Shown here: positions 1 to 8,406 of the stretch, in pieces
Layout: each line of letters begins with the position of its first letter
Position numbering within the stretch: the first letter of the stretch is position 1
Source: Bacteroidales bacterium
Lineage (GTDB): Bacteria > Bacteroidota > Bacteroidia > Bacteroidales > VadinHA17
Reading direction: 5' to 3'
Assembly: GCA_003520925.1 (NCBI GenBank)
Contig: DOTV01000233.1
Location: 14,547 to 62,144, forward strand
Length of the DNA: 47,598 bases
The notes under the pieces: model-generated
The model's database searches: none
Told to the model about the DNA's origin: nothing
What the model saw: the letters and a program-made list of their open reading frames with translations, nothing else
Program-made: the position numbers and the translations under genes

Positions 1-21
1 AAGCCCGGAGACTATAAAAAA

Positions 22-44
22 ATGTAATTACATTGTAATTACAT
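22..44. repeat. Tandem pair of 10-bp palindromes TGTAATTACA with an 11-bp period; operator-like
   Basis: The sequence atgtaattacattgtaattacat contains TGTAATTACA at 23-32 and 34-43, and each copy is self-complementary. It lies 3' of the minus-strand gene that ends at 90, at the window edge. Confidence 0.5.
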
Positions 45-89
45 ATCCTGGAGCGGATATGCGATCATTTCCCAAGAAAAAGTCCCCGA

Positions 90-824
90 TTAGAAATTAC
101 TGCCAGTGTTTTGAGTTGAGGTTTCTTCAGTTTCCTCTTCAACCACTTCAGGTTTTGTTATAACTGTTTTGGTTTTGTAGGGGATGTTCCAAGTAATGAA
201 GTAGCTTATTCCTGCAGCTGTCTTTTTACCGCCGTTACCATAGCCAGGAAAATAGATCGGCGTAAGATCTCTGCCTCCTCCACCCGATATCAGCAGCTTC
301 AGTCTGACCGTCCATCCCATGCTGAAATTCCTGAAAATTTCAGTTTTTACACCCGGCGAGACTTCAATAAAATGTCCCATTGCCTTTTTTTCAGGTATTG
401 AAGAGGTTACTGAACCCCAGTAATTATCGGCTTGAAAAAAGGGAGTTTCAGAATTGAACAGACTGACACCATATCGTAATCCTATACCTGCCCAGTATTT
501 TCCAAGTGACATTTCGGGTTTCAGCAGATTGAAATCGACACCCAGTCTAGCAAATATACCTTTGGTTGTATAATCGTAATTGTATTGCGAATATTTATAG
601 TTCAGATAACCGGCTTCAAGAACAAAGGCCATCTTTTCACTTTTATCAAATGATAAATATCCCTCCAAACTTAAATTGTTCTTATCCGAAAGGTAAATAC
701 CTGGACCTGCAATATCGATCCCCGCTCTTAATTTTAAAGGAAAAAGGACGGTATCCTGGGCAAAGAGGTTTCCCGCAGAAATAATAACCAGGAGACTAGT
801 AAAATATCCGGATATTCTCCTCAT
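90..824 (-). CDS. Hypothetical outer-membrane beta-barrel-like protein
   Basis: 244-aa ORF with an ATG start and an N-terminal signal peptide (LLVIISAGNLFAQ). It has alternating aromatic/Gly-rich strands, an acidic C-terminal tail and a terminal Phe. I recognise no specific family. Confidence 0.5.
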   Translation of the reverse strand: MRRISGYFTSLLVIISAGNLFAQDTVLFPLKLRAGIDIAGPGIYLSDKNNLSLEGYLSFDKSEKMAFVLEAGYLNYKYSQYNYDYTTKGIFARLGVDFNLLKPEMSLGKYWAGIGLRYGVSLFNSETPFFQADNYWGSVTSSIPEKKAMGHFIEVSPGVKTEIFRNFSMGWTVRLKLLISGGGGRDLTPIYFPGYGNGGKKTAAGISYFITWNIPYKTKTVITKPEVVEEETEETSTQNTGSNF

Positions 825-1257
825 TGGCTGTGGTTATGTTTTCCGAATTCTTATAAATATAAAATTCTTTTCCTGCCGTATAGGCTGTATCGAGCTTGTG
901 GTAAAATGTATATCCGCACTCTTTAGATATCAGGTGAGGATAGCTGGAATATACAATATGCATAGTGTCGGTCACATTATTTATTATGATAATGAAGGTG
1001 CAAGATCCGGCAGATGCATCAAGGGGGAATAATGCAGGCTGAACTCCGGATTTCTTTTTATAGATAGTATCTGATTTGTTCAATCCGAAAAGAGTCAGGC
1101 TTTCAGGCGTCTTTTTTTCTTTGGTTACGTTGCTGTAAAAGGAAGCTTTAAGGTATGCGTTGGTCTCTTCAAAGCATGCTCCGGGCGTACAGGAAGACAG
1201 AGCTGAACAAACTGCTGTAAGTAAAAAAATTATTATATGACCTGTTAACTTTATCAT
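796..1257 (-). CDS. Hypothetical lipoprotein
   Basis: 153-aa ORF with an ATG start and a signal peptide carrying the lipobox LSSC. Its 3' end overlaps the start of the downstream beta-barrel gene by 29 nt. Confidence 0.5.
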   Translation of the reverse strand: MIKLTGHIIIFLLTAVCSALSSCTPGACFEETNAYLKASFYSNVTKEKKTPESLTLFGLNKSDTIYKKKSGVQPALFPLDASAGSCTFIIIINNVTDTMHIVYSSYPHLISKECGYTFYHKLDTAYTAGKEFYIYKNSENITTANEENIRIFY

Positions 1258-1299
1258 GTTTTGAAAGCCTCAAAAATAGTAAAAATTGCAGCTATAGGG

Positions 1300-3948
1300 T
1301 TACTTAACTGTCTTCCTTAAATATTCCTCAGCTTTTCTTAGTGCTGCTTCGATTCCGGCAGGTTTCTTACCACCTGCTGTTGCAAGGAATGGCTGGCCCC
1401 CGCCTCCACCGTTAATTTCACTGGCTATCTCTTTAATTATTTCGGCTGCATTTAATTTTTTTGTTCCTACAAGTGAATCGCTTACCATTACAAGAATATT
1501 AGCTTTCCCGCTTATATCAGAACCAAGGACGAGAACAGTATTATCAGAAGAATTGCGTACCTGTGAGGCAATGTTTTTAAGGATTTCGGCTGAACTGGTG
1601 TCAAACTTCCCTGACAAAAACCTTATCCCTTTTATCTTAACTGCCTTTTCGTCAAGTACCCTTATGAATTCAGAAGCAGACCGGGCTTCGAATTTCTCAA
1701 CGCTTTTTCTGAGCAGTGCATTCTCAGACAGAAGTTTTCCAATGCTTTCCTTTATGTTTCCTGAGCTTTTAAGAAGAAGAACGGCTTCGTCTAAGGATTC
1801 TAATTTTTCGTTTATGTATTCCTCTGCTTTTGATGCAGTTACTGCCTCAATTCTTCTTATTCCCGCTGCTATGCCTCCCTCAGAAACGATCTTTATGAAC
1901 CCTATTCTTCCTGTATTTTCCACATGTGTTCCTCCGCACAATTCAATCGATTCTCCAAACCTGACAACTCTGACAGTACTTCCGTATTTTTCCCCGAACA
2001 GCGCTGTGGCTCCCATCTCTATCGCTTCTTTCATGGGAACACCTTCAATAACTTTAATATTGTTGCTCTGTCTCACCATTCTGTTTGCAATCTCTTCCAC
2101 CTTTTTCAGTTCCTCTCTTGTTATCTTTGTGAAATGGCTGAAATCGAATCTGAGACGATCGGGAGTAACAAGAGAACCCTTCTGCTCTACATGTTTTCCG
2201 AGAACCGATCTTAGGGCGAAATGTAAAAGATGGGTTGCGGTATGGTTATTTGCGGTCATCTGCCTTTTATCCAGATCGACCACGGCCCGGAACCTGGCAT
2301 GCGGATCCGTAAGCCTGCCATTGCTCAGATGAATAATAGAATTATTCTCCTTGATGGTGTCCGTAATTACTATTTTCTCCTTATCAGAAATAAGCAGTCC
2401 TGTATCACCAACCTGGCCACCCGACTCGGCATAAAATGGTGTCTTGTCAAGAATTATCTGCAAACTCTCTTTTCCCCTTATTTTTATCTTCCTGTACTTC
2501 GATATCAGGACATCATCTTCGGTCCTAATGTAGCCGGTAAATTCGGTAGCATTAGTCTCCCTTATGATTGTCCAGTCTCCGGCTTCGACAGCAGCATCTT
2601 CCCTCGACCTGCTTTTCTGATTTTTCATTTCGTCCTCAAACCCGGCAATATCGGTTATCATCCCATTCTCCTTCAATATCAGCTGTGTAAGGTCAATCGG
2701 AAAGCCAAATGTGTCGTAAAGCTCGAAAGCAGCCATGCCGGGCAGTATATTACTGCCTTCATTCCTGAGGTCCTCAATTTTCTTTTCAATAAGTTTTAAG
2801 CCTTTTCCAAGTGTTTTGAGGAAGGCAGTCTCTTCTTCAAGGATCACTTTTGAAATATGATCCTTTGATGCCCTTAGCTCAGGATAAGTTTCACCCATGA
2901 TATCCGCAAGAACCGGAACCAGAAGGTGAAGGAACGGCTCTTCGGTTCCAAGGTTGTTGTAACCATATCTGACAGCACGTCGTAGTATCCTCCTGATTAC
3001 ATAACCCGCTTTATTATTCGAGGGCATCTGTCCGTCAGCAATAGAAAACGCAATGGCTCGCAGGTGATCGGAGATAACTCTGAGGGCAATATCCCACTCT
3101 TCTTTCACCCCATATTTCTTGCCTGTAATATCAGAGATCCGGTTAATTAATGACTGAAAGATATCCGTATCATAATTTGATTTCTTACCCTGTACAATCA
3201 TGCATAGTCTTTCAAATCCCATTCCTGTATCCACATGCTTTTCGGGGAGTTGCTCCAGTTTCCCGTTTGCAAGCCTGTTGTACTGTATGAAGACAAGGTT
3301 CCATATTTCTATTACCTGCGGGTGTCCTTTATTAACGAGTTCAAAACCAGGTATTTTGTTTCTTTCAGAGTCATCCCTTATATCCACATGAATTTCAGAA
3401 CATGGCCCGCAGGGTCCCGTCTCACCCATTTCCCAGAAATTATCCTTTCTGGATCCCTCAATTATCCGCCCAACCGGATCCTTAAAACAGCTTTTCCAGC
3501 AATTGAAGGCTTCATTATCTCTTGAAACGTTCTCGTCAGGGCTGCCTTCAAAAATTGTGGCATAGAGTCTGTCTTCAGGTAGGCCAAGTCTTTTGATCAG
3601 AAATTCCCAGGCCCACTCTATGGCTTCTTTTTTAAAATAATCTCCAAAGGACCAGTTCCCGAGCATTTCGAACATGGTATGATGATAGGTATCATGGCCC
3701 ACCTCTTCAAGATCGTTATGCTTTCCGGATACCCTGAGGCATTTCTGCGAATTAGCCACTCTTCTGCTTACCGGAGCCATGTTGCCGAGAAAGATATCCT
3801 TGAACTGGTTCATTCCAGCATTTGTAAACATAAGAGTCGGGTCATTCTTCATGACCATTGGGGCAGAAGGGACTATCAGATGCTCTTTTGAATGAAAAAA
3901 GTCAAAAAACAGCATCCTCAGGTCGTTTGCATTTAATGTAAATAACAT
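1300..3948 (-). CDS. alaS: Alanine--tRNA ligase
   Basis: The N-terminus LRMLFFDFFHSKEHLIVPSAPMV is typical of AlaRS. The editing-domain motifs HTATHLLH and CGGTHV are present, as is a C-terminal GGGGGQ region. The ORF-track start at 3972 is TTG; the first ATG at 3948 matches usual AlaRS N-termini. Confidence 0.95.
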   Translation of the reverse strand: MLFTLNANDLRMLFFDFFHSKEHLIVPSAPMVMKNDPTLMFTNAGMNQFKDIFLGNMAPVSRRVANSQKCLRVSGKHNDLEEVGHDTYHHTMFEMLGNWSFGDYFKKEAIEWAWEFLIKRLGLPEDRLYATIFEGSPDENVSRDNEAFNCWKSCFKDPVGRIIEGSRKDNFWEMGETGPCGPCSEIHVDIRDDSERNKIPGFELVNKGHPQVIEIWNLVFIQYNRLANGKLEQLPEKHVDTGMGFERLCMIVQGKKSNYDTDIFQSLINRISDITGKKYGVKEEWDIALRVISDHLRAIAFSIADGQMPSNNKAGYVIRRILRRAVRYGYNNLGTEEPFLHLLVPVLADIMGETYPELRASKDHISKVILEEETAFLKTLGKGLKLIEKKIEDLRNEGSNILPGMAAFELYDTFGFPIDLTQLILKENGMITDIAGFEDEMKNQKSRSREDAAVEAGDWTIIRETNATEFTGYIRTEDDVLISKYRKIKIRGKESLQIILDKTPFYAESGGQVGDTGLLISDKEKIVITDTIKENNSIIHLSNGRLTDPHARFRAVVDLDKRQMTANNHTATHLLHFALRSVLGKHVEQKGSLVTPDRLRFDFSHFTKITREELKKVEEIANRMVRQSNNIKVIEGVPMKEAIEMGATALFGEKYGSTVRVVRFGESIELCGGTHVENTGRIGFIKIVSEGGIAAGIRRIEAVTASKAEEYINEKLESLDEAVLLLKSSGNIKESIGKLLSENALLRKSVEKFEARSASEFIRVLDEKAVKIKGIRFLSGKFDTSSAEILKNIASQVRNSSDNTVLVLGSDISGKANILVMVSDSLVGTKKLNAAEIIKEIASEINGGGGGQPFLATAGGKKPAGIEAALRKAEEYLRKTVK

Positions 3949-4003
3949 ATTATTACACAATAAGTAACTCAAATTTGAGTTTGTAAAATTAATTTAATTG
4001 TTT

Positions 4004-4011
4004 TAGATTTG
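4004..4011 (+). promoter_or_regulatory. Bacteroidota -7 box (TAnnTTTG) upstream of the first M23 peptidase
   Basis: TAGATTTG lies 31 nt upstream of the ATG at 4043, in the divergent alaS/M23 intergenic region. Confidence 0.4.
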
Positions 4012-4042
4012 TCATTCTCAGCACAAAAAACCAGAGCAGGCA

Positions 4043-5005
4043 ATGTTCAATCATAAGTATTTTCTTGATCTGACAGATCTTCAATACAAAAAGGTAAGAT
4101 TGCCATGGAAGAGCAAGCTTTCCCGTTTTGCATTATGGTCTGTGGCTGCTGTAGTATTAACAATCATTTATTCGTGGGTTTTAAATGGTACGTTCGGTTC
4201 CCCAAAAGAAAAAGAACTGTCTCAGGAAATTGAGAACCTGAAACTCAAATATTCGATTATGGGGATGAAAATCGATAACGCACTTAATACACTTGATGAT
4301 CTTGAGCTTTCGGACGGGAACCGTTACCGGCCGGTCCTGGATATGGATTCCATCCCCGTCTCCATCCGTAATATGGGAACTGGTGGGGTTGAACGATATG
4401 AAGATCTTGTTGGTTATTCCAATTCAGGCTTGATGCTTACATACAGGAAAAAAGTAGTTGAGATAAAGAACAGGGCCACCATTCAGTTCGAATCATTCAG
4501 GGCGATTGAAGAAAAAAAGAACGAATGGAAAAGGGAGATGGAATATCTGCCCATGATAAGTCCGGTAAATATTATCTACAGACTTGGTGACGGGATGAAA
4601 TTCAGGGATAAACATCCGGTACTTGGAACTCCGCAATGGCATCACGGACAGGACTTCAGTACTCCCTACGGAACGAATGTCTATGCTACTGGTTCCGGTA
4701 AGGTTATTGAAGCAGGATGGAACAGTGGATTTGGTAATTGCATTGTTATTGACCATGGTTATGGATATCGATCAACATACGGTCATCTGAGTAACATCAA
4801 AGTAACTACCGGACTGAATGTCAAACGTGGCGACCTGATCGGCCTCAGTGGAAATACAGGTACCTCTACAGGTCCGCATCTCCATTACCAGATCGACCTT
4901 TATGGACAGCATAAGAATCCTCTTTACTACTTTAATGATGATCTTACTGAAGATGAGTATTTTGATATGATTCAAACACTCACCGCCCAATCTAAATTCA
5001 GATAA
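4043..5005 (+). CDS. M23 family metallopeptidase, membrane anchored
   Basis: It has an N-terminal TM helix, a coiled-coil segment, and the LytM-type motifs HHGQDF and GPHLHYQI. Confidence 0.85.
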   Translation: MFNHKYFLDLTDLQYKKVRLPWKSKLSRFALWSVAAVVLTIIYSWVLNGTFGSPKEKELSQEIENLKLKYSIMGMKIDNALNTLDDLELSDGNRYRPVLDMDSIPVSIRNMGTGGVERYEDLVGYSNSGLMLTYRKKVVEIKNRATIQFESFRAIEEKKNEWKREMEYLPMISPVNIIYRLGDGMKFRDKHPVLGTPQWHHGQDFSTPYGTNVYATGSGKVIEAGWNSGFGNCIVIDHGYGYRSTYGHLSNIKVTTGLNVKRGDLIGLSGNTGTSTGPHLHYQIDLYGQHKNPLYYFNDDLTEDEYFDMIQTLTAQSKFR

Positions 5006-5081
5006 TATTTCCTCTACTTTTTTTGTGATTCATCTCCTGGTTCAATTAAACAGGCTGATTTTATTTCTTTAATGAAATATT

Positions 5082-5089
5082 TATCTTTG
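5082..5089 (+). promoter_or_regulatory. Bacteroidota -7 box (TAnnTTTG) upstream of the second M23 peptidase
   Basis: TATCTTTG ends only 7 nt before the ATG at 5097. Confidence 0.4.
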
Positions 5090-5096
5090 CTGAATC

Positions 5097-6068
5097 ATGA
5101 AACATGTCAAGTACAAGTTTAACCCTGAATCATTAAGCTTCGACAAGATTCGTCTTGGTGCCAAGGCTATATTTCTCAGGTTACTTGCCTACTTAATTGC
5201 CTCTGTACTTGTTGCAGTTGTATTAAACTTCATGTATGGCCTGTTTTTTGACACCCCAAAGGAAAAAGCCCTTAAACGTGAGATTGCCCAGATGAGTCTT
5301 CAGTATGATCTGATTCACAGGGAAATGGGTAATCTTGAAACTGTTATTGAACATCTTCAGGAAACGGATGATAACCTTTACAGGACGATTTTCGGTGCCG
5401 AACCTTTGCAGGCAACTCAGAGGCAGGGTGGAATAGGAGGGGTTAGCCGATATAACGACCTTGAGGGATTCAATAATTCAAAACTGGTAATCGAAACAGT
5501 AAAAAAACTCGATATTATCAGAAAAAAAGTCTACGTAGAATCAAAGTCGTTCGATGAGCTAATTTTACTTGCAAGGCAGAAGGAAGTGATGCTCAGATCT
5601 ATTCCTGCCATAATTCCGATTTCGACCAAAGATCTTACAAGGATCGCCTCAGGTTTCGGACTAAGGATACATCCGGTTTACAAAATAAGCAAGTTCCACG
5701 CAGGAATGGATTTTACTGCCCCCCTTGGAACAGATGTTTATGCATCGGGTGACGGTACAATAGAATCTGTTTCCTCGAGCAAACGGGGTATGGGCAACTA
5801 CATAATTGTAAATCATGGTTTCGGCTATTCATCAACATATGCCCACCTTGAGAGTTTTAATGTGAAAACAGGACAGAAGGTACACAGGGGTGATATAATA
5901 GGATATGTTGGAAATACAGGGATGTCGGTAGCTCCTCATCTTCATTATGAAATCAGGCTTAATGGCGTAAATGTTGATCCTGTAAACTATTTCTTTAATG
6001 ACCTTTCACCTGCCGAATATGAAACTATGATTGAGATTGCATCAAAAACAGGTCAGTCTTTTGATTGA
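5097..6068 (+). CDS. M23 family metallopeptidase, membrane anchored (paralog of 4043..5005)
   Basis: It has the same architecture as the upstream gene, with motifs HAGMDF and APHLHYEI. Confidence 0.85.
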   Translation: MKHVKYKFNPESLSFDKIRLGAKAIFLRLLAYLIASVLVAVVLNFMYGLFFDTPKEKALKREIAQMSLQYDLIHREMGNLETVIEHLQETDDNLYRTIFGAEPLQATQRQGGIGGVSRYNDLEGFNNSKLVIETVKKLDIIRKKVYVESKSFDELILLARQKEVMLRSIPAIIPISTKDLTRIASGFGLRIHPVYKISKFHAGMDFTAPLGTDVYASGDGTIESVSSSKRGMGNYIIVNHGFGYSSTYAHLESFNVKTGQKVHRGDIIGYVGNTGMSVAPHLHYEIRLNGVNVDPVNYFFNDLSPAEYETMIEIASKTGQSFD

Positions 6069-6083
6069 TATTTAATTAGCATT

Positions 6084-6419
6084 ATGCCTTATAAGGAAAA
6101 GAAAATCGAGAAGCTCTACTATTCCATTGGTGAAGTCTCAGGGATGCTTGATGTACCTGTATCCACAGTAAGATTCTGGGAGAATGAGTTTGATATCCTG
6201 AAACCCATGAAAAATAAGAAGGGCAACAGGATGTTTACTTCTGCTGATGTTAAAAACCTTATGATCATACACCGGCTTTTAAAAGAAGAAGGAATGACAA
6301 TGGCCGGTGTGAAAAAGAAGCTTACGGGTAAATGGGATGAAGCAGATCATAAATTTGAGATCAGTGAATCGCTTCAGAAAATAAAAGGGCTTCTTAATGA
6401 ATTAAGGGACAATATTTAA
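6084..6419 (+). CDS. MerR family transcriptional regulator
   Basis: 111 aa with an N-terminal MerR-type HTH (YYSIGEVSGMLDVPVSTVRFWENEF) and a C-terminal helical region. Confidence 0.8.
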   Translation: MPYKEKKIEKLYYSIGEVSGMLDVPVSTVRFWENEFDILKPMKNKKGNRMFTSADVKNLMIIHRLLKEEGMTMAGVKKKLTGKWDEADHKFEISESLQKIKGLLNELRDNI

Positions 6420-6424
6420 GTAAT

Positions 6425-6516
6425 CCCTCTGCGTTTCTCTGTGATTTCTCTGTGTTCCTCTGTGATAGTTTTTTGTTTCACGCAGACCCACATAGGTTAC
6501 ACAGAGTTTTACAGAA
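6425..6516. repeat. Intergenic heptamer-cluster repeat (CTCTG[C/T]G x4 facing CGCAGAC/CACAGAG)
   Basis: CTCTGCG is at 6427 and CTCTGTG at 6437, 6448 and 6458, a 10-11-bp period. These are followed by CGCAGAC at 6481 and CACAGAG at 6500 in inverted orientation. Confidence 0.6.
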
Positions 6517-6528
6517 AAAATCCATATC

Positions 6529-7623
6529 ATGAAACTATCAGAGCTTTGTTCATATCTCGATAATGCTGTTCCATTATCATTTCAGGAAGGTTTCGACAAC
6601 TCCGGACTTCAGGTTGGTTTACCGGGAAAGGAAATTAAATCAGCACTGATAACTCTCGATGTCACGGAAAGAGTAATTGAGGAGGCAATTCAAAAAAGCT
6701 GCGATGTTGTGATTTCACACCATCCCGTTATTTTCGGTGGGCTTAAGAAAATAACCGGAAGATCTGCTGCCGAAAGGATCATCGTCAATGCAATAAAGAA
6801 TGACATCGCGGTCTATTCGTCACATACAAACCTTGATATGATGAATACAGGAGTGAGCAGGAAAATGGCTCAGAAACTGGGATTGAAGAATATTAAAGTC
6901 CTGCAGCCTCTCAAAGGGAAACTGATAAAGCTGGTGACCTTCATACCGGAGGATCACCTCGAAAAGGTCAGAGATGCCGTGTTTAATGCAGGTGCAGGGT
7001 TTATTGGGAATTATGACCATTGCGGATTCAGTGTTTCAGGTACAGGAACTTTCCGTGCAGGCGAGGGAACAAATCCCTTTAAAGGTAAAAGGGCCAGAGA
7101 TCATTTCGAAAAGGAGATCAGATTTGAGACAGTACTCTTTGCTCATCTTAAGGAAAAGGTTGTGAAGGCACTCATCGAAAGCCATCCTTATGAGGAAGTA
7201 GCTTATGATCTTTATTCGCTTGAAAATGATAATATTGATTATGGTCTTGGTTGTATAGGGGAACCACGGCAACCTCTAAGCATAAAAGATTTCCTCAGTC
7301 TTGTCTCCACAATGTTCAGCGCCCATGGGATACGCTATTCCGGTAACTTGGGAAAGAAAATCAAGAAGGTAGCACTGTGCGGAGGATCCGGATCATCACT
7401 TTTAGATACTGCGGTTTCATCGGGGGCGGATGTATTTGTGACTGGCGACATTAAATACCATACATGGTTCGACGCTGAAGGCAGGATACTCCTGGTCGAT
7501 TGCGGTCACTTTGAGTCTGAAAAATTCTCAACTGAAATATTATACGAACTAATTGTCAAAAAATTCCCTAAATTTGCAGTCCGGTTTTCAGAAACAAATA
7601 CCAATCCGATAAACTATCTATAA
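6529..7623 (+). CDS. Nif3-like dinuclear metal centre protein (YbgI/GTP cyclohydrolase 1 type 2 family)
   Basis: 364 aa with motifs ISHHPVIFGG, SSHTNLD and CGHFESE. This is the long form with a central insert. Confidence 0.85.
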   Translation: MKLSELCSYLDNAVPLSFQEGFDNSGLQVGLPGKEIKSALITLDVTERVIEEAIQKSCDVVISHHPVIFGGLKKITGRSAAERIIVNAIKNDIAVYSSHTNLDMMNTGVSRKMAQKLGLKNIKVLQPLKGKLIKLVTFIPEDHLEKVRDAVFNAGAGFIGNYDHCGFSVSGTGTFRAGEGTNPFKGKRARDHFEKEIRFETVLFAHLKEKVVKALIESHPYEEVAYDLYSLENDNIDYGLGCIGEPRQPLSIKDFLSLVSTMFSAHGIRYSGNLGKKIKKVALCGGSGSSLLDTAVSSGADVFVTGDIKYHTWFDAEGRILLVDCGHFESEKFSTEILYELIVKKFPKFAVRFSETNTNPINYL

Positions 7624-7624
7624 G

Positions 7625-8389
7625 ATGGAAAAAGTAAAAACACATGAAGCTGATATATCAGTAGAAGATAGATTAAGAGCGCTTTATAGTCTGCAGCTGG
7701 CTGATTCAGAGATTGATAAAATAAAGACCCTTAGAGGAGAACTGCCCCTTGAGGTACAGGATCTTGAAGACGAGATTGCAGGACTCGAAACCAGGCTGGG
7801 CAACCTGAGAGAAGAAGTTGTCAGCCTCGAAAAGGCCGTTTCAAAGAAGAATATTGAAATATCAGAAGCCGAATCTCTTATTAAGAAATACGAGGAGCAG
7901 CAGAAGAATGTAAGGAATAACCGTGAGTTCGATTCTCTCTCAAAAGAGATAGAGTTTCAGAATCTTGAAATCGAGCTATTCAATAAAAAGATTAAAGAGT
8001 TTGCCATCCAGATAGAAGAAAAGAAGCTTGTGATTGCCGACTCTGAAGCAACACTTGCCGACCGTCAGTCGGACCTTGAAAATAAGAAGGCTGAGCTCGA
8101 TGAGATCATTTCTGACACACAGAAGGAAGAAGAAGGATTATACAAGAAATCAGAAAAAATTCAGGCTGTGATTGAAGAGAGGCTGCTCTCCGCCTATAAG
8201 AGGATCCGCTCAAATGCAAGGAACGGTCTGGCAGTGGTTTCAGTTCAGCGTGATGCCTGCGGCGGCTGTTTTAATCAGATCCCCCCTCAGAGGCAGCTTG
8301 ATATAAAGTCGAGAAAGAAGATTATTGTATGTGAATACTGCGGCAGGATACTGGTTGATGATGAAATAATAAGCGAAAGCCATCTTTAG
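7625..8389 (+). CDS. Zinc-ribbon/coiled-coil protein (COG1579-like)
   Basis: It has a long coiled coil followed by the C-terminal CGGC...CEYC zinc ribbon. It starts 1 nt after the Nif3-like stop, which is the conserved Nif3 partner arrangement. Confidence 0.75.
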   Translation: MEKVKTHEADISVEDRLRALYSLQLADSEIDKIKTLRGELPLEVQDLEDEIAGLETRLGNLREEVVSLEKAVSKKNIEISEAESLIKKYEEQQKNVRNNREFDSLSKEIEFQNLEIELFNKKIKEFAIQIEEKKLVIADSEATLADRQSDLENKKAELDEIISDTQKEEEGLYKKSEKIQAVIEERLLSAYKRIRSNARNGLAVVSVQRDACGGCFNQIPPQRQLDIKSRKKIIVCEYCGRILVDDEIISESHL

Positions 8390-8406
8390 GATGGATACGC
8401 TCTTTT

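Noticed and set aside
1553-3891. Long plus-strand ORFs (up to 259 aa) lie inside alaS. Similar antisense ORFs occur inside porU, gldJ, hutU, the M28 peptidase and other genes.
   Set aside because: They sit entirely inside confidently identified genes on the opposite strand and have low-complexity, Ser/Leu/Phe-rich translations with no recognisable motifs.
3949-3972. N-terminal extensions from TTG starts in the ORF track: alaS at 3972, PIN-PhoH at 26992, folC at 27085 and P5 at 43991.
   Set aside because: In each case an in-frame ATG a few codons downstream gives an N-terminus that matches the family or the signal peptide better. The shorter coordinates are therefore reported.
6425-6516. A CRISPR array, considered for the heptamer clusters and also for the 33-nt direct repeat at 47388/47566.
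   Set aside because: The heptamers have a 10-11-bp period and no spacers. The 33-nt repeats are separated by 145 nt, far longer than CRISPR spacers, and only two copies are visible. There are no cas genes.
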